From Nitrospirota bacterium (GTDB lineage: Bacteria; Nitrospirota; Thermodesulfovibrionia; Thermodesulfovibrionales; Dissulfurispiraceae), in NCBI GenBank assembly GCA_040754455.1, contig JBFMCP010000009.1, forward strand, positions 1-64,000: 64,000 nucleotides of DNA. The letters are read 5' to 3'. Positions 11,006 to 20,644 of this stretch are shown piece by piece. Every line of letters starts with the position of its first letter. The stretch's first letter is position 1. The position numbers and the translations under genes were made by a program. The notes under the pieces are model-generated. The model did no database searches and was not told the origin of the DNA. It saw nothing but the letters and a program-made list of their open reading frames with translations.

Positions 11006-11209
11006 ATGGTGAAAAAACAGGACAACGTCCTTACGATAGAAGAGCTTGCCGCATATCTGAAAATCTCGAAGTCAACGCTCTATAAGCTGGCTCAGGAAGG
11101 CAAGCTCCCAGGCCAGAAGGTGGGGCGGCATTGGCGGTTTCACAAGGATGCCATCGACTTGTGGCTTAAGAAAACAGGAAACTCCGGTGATAGAGGTAAA
11201 AAAGCTTGA
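11006..11209 (+). CDS. excisionase-like HTH_17 DNA-binding protein
   Basis: LTIEELAAYLKISKSTLYKLAQEGKLPGQKVGRHWRF; overlaps the hsdM start. Confidence 0.85.
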   Translation: MVKKQDNVLTIEELAAYLKISKSTLYKLAQEGKLPGQKVGRHWRFHKDAIDLWLKKTGNSGDRGKKA

Positions 11210-13218
11210 TTAACTTTAATGAAAAAGTCGGCTTCATATGGTCTGTAGCAGACTTGCTCCGCGGGCCTTATCGTCCCAACCAGTATAAGGATGTCATGCT
11301 GCCCATGACCGTCCTCAGGCGGCTTGATTGCGTGCTGGAGCCAACCAAAGATAAAGTTCTCGAAAAACTTAAGAGTCTCCAAGGGGGCAAGGTCAAAAAT
11401 GTCGAGCCAATTCTTTGCCGGGTCTCAGGCGTTCCTTTCTATAACACCAGCCGTTTTACATTTGAAAAGCTTAAGGGCGACCCCAACAACATAGCCGCGA
11501 ACCTGACCAACTACATGAAGGGTTTTTCTTCCCGCGCCCGAGAGATTATCGAGCACTTCGGCTTTGAGGAGCACATCGCCAAACTCGATAAAGCAGACCG
11601 TCTGTATCTTCTTGTCTCCAAGTTCTGCGAAATCGATTTGCACCCGGATAAGGTATCCAATATCGAAATGGGTTATGTCTTCGAGGAACTCATAAGGCGC
11701 TTCAATGAGGCCTCCAACGAGGAAGCCGGTGACCACTTCACCCCGCGCGAGGTCATCCGCCTTATGGTGAACCTTCTCTTCCTTCCGGACAATGACATCT
11801 TGACCACCAAGGGAATCGTCAAGACCCTGTACGATCCGGCCTGTGGGACGGGTGGCATGCTTTCCGTTTCCGAAGAGTACGTTCGAGAACTCAACCCCAA
11901 TGCCCGTCTGGAGGTCTTTGGTCAGGACTATAACGACCAATCCTATGCAATCTGCGGCTCCGACATGATGATCAAGGGCCAGAACATAGACCATATCGCC
12001 TTTGGAGACAGCTTCACTCACGATCACTTCTCCGGTAAGAAATTCGATTACATGCTTGCCAATCCACCCTTCGGCGTGGAATGGAAGCCGGAAGAGGCAG
12101 CCATCCGCAAGGAGCACGAGGAGCAGGGTTTTGGCGGCCGCTTCGGAGCCGGCCTGCCGCGCATAAACGATGGTTCTCTTCTATTCCTTCAGCACATGAT
12201 CAGCAAGAGGAAGGACCCAAAGGATGGCGGCACACGCCTTGGGATTGTCTTCAACGGTTCGCCGCTGTTCACTGGTGGAGCGGGTTCCGGCGAAAGCGAA
12301 ATACGCCGCTGGATAATAGAGAACGACTGGCTTGAAGGCATCGTGGCCCTGCCCGACCAACTCTTCTACAACACGGGCATCTACACCTACCTCTGGATCG
12401 TGACGAACCGCAAGGAGAAGAGCCGCCGAGGCAAGATTCAACTGGTGGACGCAACGAGCTTCTTCAAGAAGATGCGCAAATCCCTCGGCAACAAGCGCAA
12501 CGAAATCTGCGACGACCAGCGCGACGAGATCACCCGGCTTTATGGGAATTTCAGGGAGACCGAGCATGTCCGCATTTTCGATAACGAGGACTTCGGCTAC
12601 CGCCGCATTACCGTAGAGCGTCCTCTGCGCCTCAACTTTACGGTGGACGAGGCACGAATCGCCCGTCTCATGGAAACGACGGCTTTCGCCAGCCTTGCCG
12701 CCAGCAAGAAACGCAAGGATACCAAAGCCGCTCAGGCCGAGATCGAAGAAGGCCGCAAACTTCAGGAACGCATCCTGTCCGCCCTGCGGCCCATTGCCGC
12801 CAAAGGCATCGTCAAGAACCGCGAACAGTTCTCGGAGATGATGCAGGCGGCGTTTAAAAAGGCGAACCTTAAGGTCCCGGCCGCCCTCTTCAAGGCGATT
12901 CTGACAGCCCTTTCCGAGCGTGACGAGACGGCGGACATCTGCACCGATTCCAAGGGGAATCCCGAGCCAGACCCAGAACTGCGCGACTACGAAAACGTGC
13001 CGCTCAAAGAAGATGTGGGCGAGTATATGAAGCGCGAGGTTCTGCCGCACGTTCCCGATGCCTGGGTGGACGAGTCCAAGACCAAGATCGGCTACGAGAT
13101 CAATTTCAACCGCTACTTCTACAAGTACACGCCTCCTCGCCCGCTTGAGGAGATAGAGGCCGACATCAAGAAGATCGAGAAGGAAATTGCGGACATGCTG
13201 GCGGAGGTAACGGAATGA
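11206..13218 (+). CDS. hsdM: type I RM methyltransferase subunit
   Basis: HsdM N-terminal domain, HFTPREV, YDPACGTGGML, NPPF (N6-adenine MTase). Confidence 0.95.
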   Translation: MINFNEKVGFIWSVADLLRGPYRPNQYKDVMLPMTVLRRLDCVLEPTKDKVLEKLKSLQGGKVKNVEPILCRVSGVPFYNTSRFTFEKLKGDPNNIAANLTNYMKGFSSRAREIIEHFGFEEHIAKLDKADRLYLLVSKFCEIDLHPDKVSNIEMGYVFEELIRRFNEASNEEAGDHFTPREVIRLMVNLLFLPDNDILTTKGIVKTLYDPACGTGGMLSVSEEYVRELNPNARLEVFGQDYNDQSYAICGSDMMIKGQNIDHIAFGDSFTHDHFSGKKFDYMLANPPFGVEWKPEEAAIRKEHEEQGFGGRFGAGLPRINDGSLLFLQHMISKRKDPKDGGTRLGIVFNGSPLFTGGAGSGESEIRRWIIENDWLEGIVALPDQLFYNTGIYTYLWIVTNRKEKSRRGKIQLVDATSFFKKMRKSLGNKRNEICDDQRDEITRLYGNFRETEHVRIFDNEDFGYRRITVERPLRLNFTVDEARIARLMETTAFASLAASKKRKDTKAAQAEIEEGRKLQERILSALRPIAAKGIVKNREQFSEMMQAAFKKANLKVPAALFKAILTALSERDETADICTDSKGNPEPDPELRDYENVPLKEDVGEYMKREVLPHVPDAWVDESKTKIGYEINFNRYFYKYTPPRPLEEIEADIKKIEKEIADMLAEVTE

Positions 13219-14528
13219 ACGGCGTCCCGCTTGACAACCTACCGGCAGGCTGGCGATCCCTTCGGCTCAAGTGGGTGCTTGAGGCTCTCGAAAGTGGCCG
13301 ACGCGAGGTCAGTACAACGGACGGCTTTGAGGGTGGCGTGCTCAGCGTCGGCGGCGAGCATATTGGCTGGCAGGGACAGTGGCTCTTGGATAAGCCGCGC
13401 TTCGTCTCCCGGGAGTTTTTTGATGCGATGACGGCGGGACGAATCAGAGAGAACGATATTCTACTGGTAAAGGACGGGGCGACGATAGGGAAGGTAGCGA
13501 TAGCACAGCCCTTGCCTGCGCAAGACTGCGCAGTAAACGAGCACGTATTCCTTCTCCGTATCAACGCGGGGAATCATGCCAAGTACTATTTCTACGTCGT
13601 CCAATCGACCCTGATTCAGGATCAAATCCAATTGGAGGTGCGGGGCTCGGCACAACCCGGATTGAATTCAGAGTTCCGCAATGTCGTGGTTCTGCCTGAA
13701 CCACCGGAGCTGGCACAGCGGTCTATCGCTCGATATTTGGACCGTGAGACTGCGCGGATTGATGCGCTTGTTGGAAAGAAGCAGAAGCAGATTGAGCTTC
13801 TTCAAGAAAAGCGCTCTGCCCTTATCAGCCATGCCGTAACCAAAGGCCTCGACCCGAATGTAAAAATGAAAGACTCAGGTATCGAGTGGCTGGGAGAGAT
13901 TCCGGAGAGTTGGCAAGCGAAACGACTGCGTTTCCTCGTTTCCGAACCGCTCAAGTACGGGGCCAATGAATCCGCCGAACTGGACGATCCAGATCTTCCG
14001 CGTTACATCCGGATTACCGATGTCGACGAGAACGGCCGCTTGCGAGAGGACACCTTCAAGTCTCTGCCTGAAGATGTCGCTCGTCCGTACCTCCTTAAAG
14101 AAGGCGATCTCCTGCTTGCCCGTAGCGGTGCCACAGTCGGAAAGAGCTTCTACTACGAGCCATCCTGGGGCCTCGCTGCATACGCCGGTTACCTGATTCG
14201 GGCCAGGTTCAACCCTGCCCGCATGATGCCGAGCTTCGTCAACTACTTCACCAATTCCCAACAGTACTGGCAGTGGCTCGGTTCATCGTTCATTCAAGCC
14301 ACGATCCAGAACGTGAGCGCCGAGAAGTACGCCAACCTTACCGTGCCTGTCCCGCCCCTCCCTGAGCAGCGCGCCATTGCCGCCTTCCTCGACTGTGAGA
14401 CTGCGCGGATTGATGCGCTCATCGAGAAGGTGGAGAAATCCATTGAATTGTTACGCGAATATCGTACCGCCCTGATCTCCGCCGCCGTGACGGGCAAGAT
14501 CGACGTGAGCAAGGAGGCAGGCATATGA
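13215..14528 (+). CDS. hsdS: type I RM specificity subunit
   Basis: Two TRDs with repeated conserved helices (LDRETARIDAL/LDCETARIDAL), KDSGIEWLGEIP, ALISAAVTGKIDV. Confidence 0.95.
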   Translation: MNGVPLDNLPAGWRSLRLKWVLEALESGRREVSTTDGFEGGVLSVGGEHIGWQGQWLLDKPRFVSREFFDAMTAGRIRENDILLVKDGATIGKVAIAQPLPAQDCAVNEHVFLLRINAGNHAKYYFYVVQSTLIQDQIQLEVRGSAQPGLNSEFRNVVVLPEPPELAQRSIARYLDRETARIDALVGKKQKQIELLQEKRSALISHAVTKGLDPNVKMKDSGIEWLGEIPESWQAKRLRFLVSEPLKYGANESAELDDPDLPRYIRITDVDENGRLREDTFKSLPEDVARPYLLKEGDLLLARSGATVGKSFYYEPSWGLAAYAGYLIRARFNPARMMPSFVNYFTNSQQYWQWLGSSFIQATIQNVSAEKYANLTVPVPPLPEQRAIAAFLDCETARIDALIEKVEKSIELLREYRTALISAAVTGKIDVSKEAGI

Positions 14529-15403
14529 GTTGGTTACTTTTTCTGGATGAAAGCGGTCATGATCATCGCAACATGCCCTATGAGGTTCGGGGTGGGATAG
14601 CGCTCCACGCCGGGAAACTTTGGTCATTCGTCCAGGACTTGCAGAGGCTTGAAGTAAGCGCATTCGGCACGCCGTTACTACAATTCCGAAAGGAACTAAA
14701 AGGGGCGAAACTTTTAGACAAAGACCGCTTCAAATGGGCATCGCAGAGTCCTGCTATGGCTGATGAGGCAAGAAGAAAACACTGCAGAGGGTTCTTGACC
14801 AAGGGGCTTGAGAAAAAGATACCAAAGCGTGATGAATTTACCGCCTACGGCCAGGGATGTCTGGAGATGGCGCGCGGGATATTTGAACTGCTGAGAGAGC
14901 ATGACGCTAAGCTCCTTGCTTCTATAATACCCCGGAATGTAGTAAGGCCTCCGACGTATGAAGCCACCGAGTTTCTCCGAAAGGATCAGGTTTTTCTTTT
15001 AGAACGCTTTTATTATTTCCTTGAGGAAAAGCAGGAACACGGATTGCTTGTCATGGATGAAGTCGATAAAGCGGAAGACCGTCGGTTCGTGCGGCGGCTT
15101 GAGAACTATTTCAGGAAAACACATACAGGGCGTTACAGAACTCGGTGGATCGTGCCGACGCCGTTTTTCGTTTCGTCAGATCTGGCTTATCCCGTCCAAG
15201 CGGCGGACATGTGTATTTATTGTGTGAACTGGGGATTTAGACTGCCCGGAACTGGAATGGATGCCAATGTTCGGAAAGAGATTGCTGATGAGTTCGGCCC
15301 TTGGCTTAGGCAACTACAGTATACAGGGGAAATAAACAGGGAGGGGCAGACATTCAAGACTTATGGGATTGTGTTTGTGCCAGACCCTTATACGGCAAGG
15401 TAA
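14525..15403 (+). CDS. DUF3800-family protein (predicted RNase H-like fold)
   Basis: N-terminal FLDESG and C-terminal VQAAD motifs; overlaps the hsdS stop. Confidence 0.8.
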   Translation: MSWLLFLDESGHDHRNMPYEVRGGIALHAGKLWSFVQDLQRLEVSAFGTPLLQFRKELKGAKLLDKDRFKWASQSPAMADEARRKHCRGFLTKGLEKKIPKRDEFTAYGQGCLEMARGIFELLREHDAKLLASIIPRNVVRPPTYEATEFLRKDQVFLLERFYYFLEEKQEHGLLVMDEVDKAEDRRFVRRLENYFRKTHTGRYRTRWIVPTPFFVSSDLAYPVQAADMCIYCVNWGFRLPGTGMDANVRKEIADEFGPWLRQLQYTGEINREGQTFKTYGIVFVPDPYTAR

Positions 15404-15407
15404 CAAT

Positions 15408-15466
15408 AAAAAAGGAGGTAATGCCTTTGGAGCCACCCGAAAGCAGCCCTTGGGCCGAACCTCCAA
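15408..15466 (-). ncRNA. candidate small structured RNA downstream of and convergent with DUF3800
   Basis: Minus strand reads GGAGGU...ACCUCC-U6, with an internal UUCG hairpin whose G-U pairs form only on the minus strand; has its own promoter-like sequence. Confidence 0.6.
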
Positions 15467-15470
15467 TTAC

Positions 15471-15500
15471 ATTTTGGCATGTGCGTAGTACGGATGTCAA
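15471..15500 (-). promoter_or_regulatory. sigma70-like promoter for the candidate small RNA
   Basis: TTGACA(15500-15495)-N18-CAAAAT(15476-15471) with a TG extended -10. Confidence 0.55.
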
Positions 15501-15619
15501 GCGAAATCTGCAAAGTCTAACATGCAAGGGAAAAGCGCGTTAATGACATGCTGTAACATAATTACCATGACAATCTATGACACGAAACCGCGACAAGAAT
15601 GCGGCACGGAGGTGGCTTG

Positions 15620-18600
15620 ATGTCGGGCCAACATACAGAACGCGCTTTTGAAGCCGCTATCGAATATCACCTGACCACATTTGGCGGATATGTAAAGTGC
15701 GACCCGGAGACATTTGATCAAGTGAGAGGTATTTTTCCGCAGGATGTCATTGCCTTTATCAAGGAGACCCAGCCCAAGGAATGGGACTATCTCAAGAACC
15801 TTCAGAAGGATAAGGCCGAGGAGATACTTCTTGACGACCTCTGCCGGGCGCTAAACTCCGAACATGAGGGATGCCTATCCGTTCTGCGCCACGGCTTCAA
15901 GTGCTTCGGAAAGCTCTTCCATATTGCCTACTTCGCTCCGGCAAGCGGCCTGAACCCCGAAATAAAGAAACTCTATGACGCCAATCGCCTAACAATCACA
16001 TGTCAACTCCGCTATTCGAGCAGGCATGGAAATACATTAGATGTGGCCCTTTCCCTGAACGGCATTCCGGTTGCAACTGCGGAGATTAAAAACCCCATGA
16101 CCGGTCAGACCTGGCGGAACGCCATCCACCAGTATAAGAATGACCGCGACCCGGCGGACCTGATTTTCCAGTTCAAGAAGCGGGCGCTTGTCCATTTTGC
16201 CGTAGACACGGACGAGGTCTATATGACCACACGCCTTTCAGGAAGGAATACGCATTTCCTGCCCTTCAACATGGGCTGTGCCGGAGGCGCTGGCAATCCC
16301 GATAATCCCGGTGGCTACAAGACGGCCTATCTGTGGGAAGAGGTCCTTGAGCGGCATAGCTTCTTAGACATTTTGGTCCGGTTTGTCAATCTTCAGATAG
16401 AGGAAAAGAAACTCGGTGGGAAAAAGATAAAGCGGGAGACGATGATATTTCCGCGCTATCATCAGCTTGACTGTGTGCGCAAGCTGGTGGCTGATGCAGA
16501 GCGGCAAGGTGCCGGGGCCAACTATTTAGTCCAGCATTCGGCCGGAAGCGGCAAGTCTAATTCCATAGCGTGGTTGGCTCACCGACTCTCAAGCCTGCAC
16601 GATGAAAAAGACGAGAAGGTCTTTGATTCAGTCATAGTGGTCACTGACAGAATCGTCCTCGACCAGCAGTTACAAAACACCATTTATCAGTTCGAGCATA
16701 AGCAGGGTGTAGTCCAGAAGATTGATATAGATTCCGCCCAGCTTGCAAATGCGCTTTCTGCCGGGGTTCCAATTATTATAACGACTCTCCAGAAATTTCC
16801 TTTTGTTACCGAAAAGATTGGCGACCTTCCCAAACGGAAATATGCCGTCATAATCGACGAGGCTCATAGTTCGCAGGGTGGAGAGACGGCAACCGAACTT
16901 AAAGGCGTGCTCGGAGGCGCGGCCATCAAAGAGGAAGTCAAGGCCAAAGTCGAGGAAGAAGGGTTGCCGGATTATGAAGAGGAGATACTCCGCACGATGG
17001 CCAAGAGAGGCCGTCAGCCAAATATCAGCTTCTTTGCCTTTACGGCCACGCCGAAATACAAGACTTTAGAGGTATTCGGAAGGCCCGGCCCGGACGGCAA
17101 GCCTAGTCCGTTCCATCTTTACAGCATGCGGCAGGCCATAGAGGAAGACTTTATCCTCGACGTGCTCCAGAATTACACGACCTACAAGACGTATTACCGC
17201 CTGATCAAATCCATCGAAGACGATCCCAAGGTGGACAAGCGCAAGGCGGCAAGGGCGCTCGCCCGTTTCATGAGCCTCCATCCACACAACATCGCACAGA
17301 AGACCGAGGTCATGGTCGAGCATTTCCGCCATTTCACCATGCACAAGATCGGCGGAAAGGCCAAGGCGATGGTCGTTACCTCCAGCCGATTGCACGCGGT
17401 GAAGTACAAACAGGCATTCGACAAGTACATCGCCGAGAAAGGGTACACGGAAATCAAGACGCTGGTTGCCTTCTCCGGCACGGTGATCGATCCGGATGCT
17501 CCCGGCGTCGAATATACGGAAGTCGGAATGAACAAAGGCATTCGGGAAAAGGAACTCCCGGAACGCTTCGGGACAGAAGAGTACCAGGTGCTTTTGGTTG
17601 CGGAGAAGTATCAGACAGGCTTTGACCAGCCGCTTTTGCACACCATGTATGTGGACAAGCGGCTTGCCGGTATACAGGCCGTGCAGACGCTTTCGCGTTT
17701 GAACCGCACACACCCGGGCAAGGAGGATACGTTTGTACTGGATTTCGTGAACGAGACAGAGGATATTCTTGCGGCGTTCCAACCCTATTATGAGCAGACT
17801 TTAATCGGAGAGAGGGCCGAACCTAAGCAGCTTTACGAACTTCAAGCCAAGCTCGAAGGGCACCATGTCTACTACAAGGCCGAGGTTGAAGAATTCTGCA
17901 AAGTATTCTATAAACCTGCGAGGAACCAGACCACGGCCGACCACGCCCGGATGAACGCATGCATTGATCCGGCTGTTCATCGTTACAATGGACTTGAGGA
18001 AGAGGTCCGGGAGGAATTCCGGAAGACGCTGGTCGCTTTCAGAAACCTTTATTCTTTCATGTCGCAGGTGATCCCCTTCCAGGACTCTGATTTGGAAAAG
18101 CTGTACTCATACGTCCGGTTTCTGCTTCCCAAACTGCCGAGAGATAACCGGGGGCCGATCTACAACTTTGATGATGACGTGGCGCTCAAATTCTACCGGT
18201 TGCAGAAGATCGGCGAGGGCTCCATCGTCATGGAGCCGGGAGCCCGATACGAGGTATCGGGGCCGACGTCTGTGGGCACCGGCGTCGCTCGAGGTGATGA
18301 GATAGAACTTTCCAAGCTGATCGAAATTCTGAATGAACGCTTCGGCACGGAGTTCAAACCCGGCGACCAGCTTTTCTTTGACTCGATTCGGGAAGACGCG
18401 GTCGCCGACAGCGGCCTCCGTCAAGCCGCGCTCGCCAACACGATGGAGAACTTCGGCTACGTCTTCCGCAAAACCCTTGAAAATCTCTTCATCGACCGCA
18501 TGGAGCAGAATGAAGAGATAACGGCGAAATTCATGAACGAGAAAGGCTTTCAGGAAACCGTCGCCCAACATCTTTTAAGGCAGGTCTATGAACAGATTAG

Positions 18601-18622
18601 GACGGAGAAGACAGAACAATGA
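15620..18622 (+). CDS. hsdR: type I RM restriction subunit
   Basis: D...E-I-K nuclease motif, HSAGSGKS Walker A, IIDEAHSSQ, FTATPK, QTGFDQP. Confidence 0.95.
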   Translation: MSGQHTERAFEAAIEYHLTTFGGYVKCDPETFDQVRGIFPQDVIAFIKETQPKEWDYLKNLQKDKAEEILLDDLCRALNSEHEGCLSVLRHGFKCFGKLFHIAYFAPASGLNPEIKKLYDANRLTITCQLRYSSRHGNTLDVALSLNGIPVATAEIKNPMTGQTWRNAIHQYKNDRDPADLIFQFKKRALVHFAVDTDEVYMTTRLSGRNTHFLPFNMGCAGGAGNPDNPGGYKTAYLWEEVLERHSFLDILVRFVNLQIEEKKLGGKKIKRETMIFPRYHQLDCVRKLVADAERQGAGANYLVQHSAGSGKSNSIAWLAHRLSSLHDEKDEKVFDSVIVVTDRIVLDQQLQNTIYQFEHKQGVVQKIDIDSAQLANALSAGVPIIITTLQKFPFVTEKIGDLPKRKYAVIIDEAHSSQGGETATELKGVLGGAAIKEEVKAKVEEEGLPDYEEEILRTMAKRGRQPNISFFAFTATPKYKTLEVFGRPGPDGKPSPFHLYSMRQAIEEDFILDVLQNYTTYKTYYRLIKSIEDDPKVDKRKAARALARFMSLHPHNIAQKTEVMVEHFRHFTMHKIGGKAKAMVVTSSRLHAVKYKQAFDKYIAEKGYTEIKTLVAFSGTVIDPDAPGVEYTEVGMNKGIREKELPERFGTEEYQVLLVAEKYQTGFDQPLLHTMYVDKRLAGIQAVQTLSRLNRTHPGKEDTFVLDFVNETEDILAAFQPYYEQTLIGERAEPKQLYELQAKLEGHHVYYKAEVEEFCKVFYKPARNQTTADHARMNACIDPAVHRYNGLEEEVREEFRKTLVAFRNLYSFMSQVIPFQDSDLEKLYSYVRFLLPKLPRDNRGPIYNFDDDVALKFYRLQKIGEGSIVMEPGARYEVSGPTSVGTGVARGDEIELSKLIEILNERFGTEFKPGDQLFFDSIREDAVADSGLRQAALANTMENFGYVFRKTLENLFIDRMEQNEEITAKFMNEKGFQETVAQHLLRQVYEQIRTEKTEQ

Positions 18623-19659
18623 GCATACGAAAAGCCGCTATACAGGTTTTACGTGAGGCCGGCGAACCTATGAAGGTGGAGGAGCTTGTAAAGCGCATCC
18701 TCGATAAAAAGCTCTGGCACCCGGGTGGAAAGACACCTGCCGCATCCATTGAGGCGGCGCTTATTATAGACATGAAGAAGAAAGGCGATAAATCCACTTT
18801 TGTGCGTGTGGCCCCTCGAACCTATGGCCTACGCGATTCGAGTGCAGTATCACCGGCAAAAGCGCCTTCTATCAGTCCTGCACTTAAAAAAAGCCCGGAA
18901 ACCTACTCCTTTACAAACGCGGCCGAGAAGGTGCTTGAGCAATTCGGAGATAAGAAGCCTATCCATTATCGGGACATCACGAAAAAGGCCCTTGAACTGG
19001 GCTGGCTGAATACCGAGGGCAAAACGCCCGAGGCTACGATGTATGCCCAGATACTTACCGAAATCAGGCGGTATAAAAAGCGTGGGGAGCAATCCCGCTT
19101 TGTTCAGCATGGAAGGGGATACATTGGGCTGTCCCGCTGGATGGGCAAAGGGCTGGCGTTTGAGATAGAACAGCACAATAAACGAGTCCGCCAGGCATTA
19201 CATAAGCAGTTATTGGAGATGGACCCAACCGCCTTTGAGGAGCTTATCGCCCGCCTGCTTGTGGAAATCGGCTTTGAAGATGTCGTCGTGACCAAGCGTA
19301 GCGGCGACGGCGGCATAGACGTGCGCGGTACCCTTGTCATAGGCGATGTTATCCGCACCCGCATGGCAGTGCAGGTGAAGCGTTGGAAGCCCAAGAACCG
19401 GGTTCAGGCGACTGTCGTCCAGAACGTGCGGGGCAGTTTGGGCGCTCACGAGCAGGGCCTTATTGTCACCACCAGCGACTTCAGCAAGGGGGCGAGAGAC
19501 GAGGCCGCGCGACCCGATGCCGTGCCAGTAGGCTTGATGAACGGAGAACAGCTTGTCGCTCTTCTTGTAGAGCATGACATCGGCGTAACCCGCTACTCCC
19601 ATGACTTAATCGAACTAGGAGAGGGCGAAGGGATTGAGGTTGTTGAGAGAAAAGGCTAA
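18619..19659 (+). CDS. mrr: Mrr-family (type IV) restriction endonuclease with two HARE-HTH-like domains
   Basis: Two GKTPxA[ST] winged-helix repeats followed by an Mrr catalytic domain (FEELIARLL, DGGIDV, VQVKRW, TTSDFS). Confidence 0.85.
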   Translation: MSIRKAAIQVLREAGEPMKVEELVKRILDKKLWHPGGKTPAASIEAALIIDMKKKGDKSTFVRVAPRTYGLRDSSAVSPAKAPSISPALKKSPETYSFTNAAEKVLEQFGDKKPIHYRDITKKALELGWLNTEGKTPEATMYAQILTEIRRYKKRGEQSRFVQHGRGYIGLSRWMGKGLAFEIEQHNKRVRQALHKQLLEMDPTAFEELIARLLVEIGFEDVVVTKRSGDGGIDVRGTLVIGDVIRTRMAVQVKRWKPKNRVQATVVQNVRGSLGAHEQGLIVTTSDFSKGARDEAARPDAVPVGLMNGEQLVALLVEHDIGVTRYSHDLIELGEGEGIEVVERKG

Positions 19660-19714
19660 AGGGGATTCATAACCTATATAATTATCAGGGAACTATCTAT
19701 GGCAAATATGGTCA

Positions 19715-19933
19715 TTAATTGTACTTGTCCTCCGCATGGTTTTCTATACGCGAGATCGCGGTCTTTTGAGTGTGAAGCCTCTTGGCAAGCTCTTCCTGTG
19801 TCAGTCCGGCTGTTTCGCGTCTCTGGCGAAGCCTCATGCCCACTTTGAACTGCTCGTATCCCTCGCCGTAGCCCTCGGCAAACAACTTGTCCCTCTTTTT
19901 CCTTTGGACTATGTATCTCTTCAGGTCACTCAT
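19715..19933 (-). pseudogene. XRE/HigA-type antitoxin, probably C-terminally truncated
   Basis: GLTQEELAKRLHTQKTAISRIEN HTH ends abruptly; no cognate RelE-type toxin adjacent. Confidence 0.6.
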
Positions 19934-19937
19934 GCTT

Positions 19938-20279
19938 TTACTTCAAATCTTTCCGCATCCGTATCATCTCCCTTTTCAAATCGGGGATATCCTTTGCAAG
20001 CACCTCCCAGGTCATTTTAATGTCCACGCCGAAATATTCGTGGATGAGGATATCACGCATGCCGGCTATCTTCTTCCATGGAATATCCTGATATCTTCCC
20101 TTCACCTCTTCAGGGATGTTCTTGACAGCCTCACCGATAATCTAGATGCGGCGAATTACAGCATCCTGCAGTTGGACAGAGGCGAGGAAGTCATCCTCGG
20201 TCTTGCCTCTGGTATAATCCTCAATAAGCCCTATACACTCGAGGATATGGTCTATGAATATCGCAGGGTCTTTTTTCAC
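19938..20279 (-). pseudogene. HEPN (DUF86/HepT) toxin with one in-frame TAG
   Basis: 114 codons from GTG: MKKDPAIFIDHILE...DAVIRRI*IIGEAVK...[21 protein letters not shown]; stop at codon 46 (20144-20142). Confidence 0.85.
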
Positions 20280-20575
20280 AAGATTGGCACCTGTTCCTTC
20301 AATATCCTGTCCCTTAAGAGCGGATGGAGCGAGCCGTAAGTAAGAACATCAGCCTTCCTTCCGAGCACGTCCTCCACCTCAAGCTTCAGGCCCGAAAGGT
20401 CAAGCAGGCTTTTTCTCCCCTCGAATTCGACAAGGATGTCGATATCGCTCTCCTCAGTGGCTTCGCCCCTTACGATGGAACCGAAGAGGGCGGCCCTCTT
20501 CACGCCGTTCCTCTCCAATACAATTGCGAGACGTTCCCTTATTTCTGCAACCTGATAGTTATTCATAGATTTCAC
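20276..20575 (-). CDS. minimal nucleotidyltransferase (MNT/MntA) antitoxin
   Basis: LFGSIVRGEATEESDIDILVEF; overlaps the HEPN start. Confidence 0.9.
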   Translation of the reverse strand: MKSMNNYQVAEIRERLAIVLERNGVKRAALFGSIVRGEATEESDIDILVEFEGRKSLLDLSGLKLEVEDVLGRKADVLTYGSLHPLLRDRILKEQVPIL

Positions 20576-20644
20576 CTTTTACACCTTCCGATATCCATAA
20601 GTTTAATAGATAAGCCGGATTTATACAAGAGAAAGAGAATATCT

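Noticed and set aside
13744..14419. ~25-bp direct repeat within hsdS
   Set aside because: Normal conserved-region duplication of HsdS; no inverted repeats or invertase to suggest a shufflon
19887..20339. 150-aa plus-strand ORF
   Set aside because: Antisense shadow of the interrupted HEPN gene
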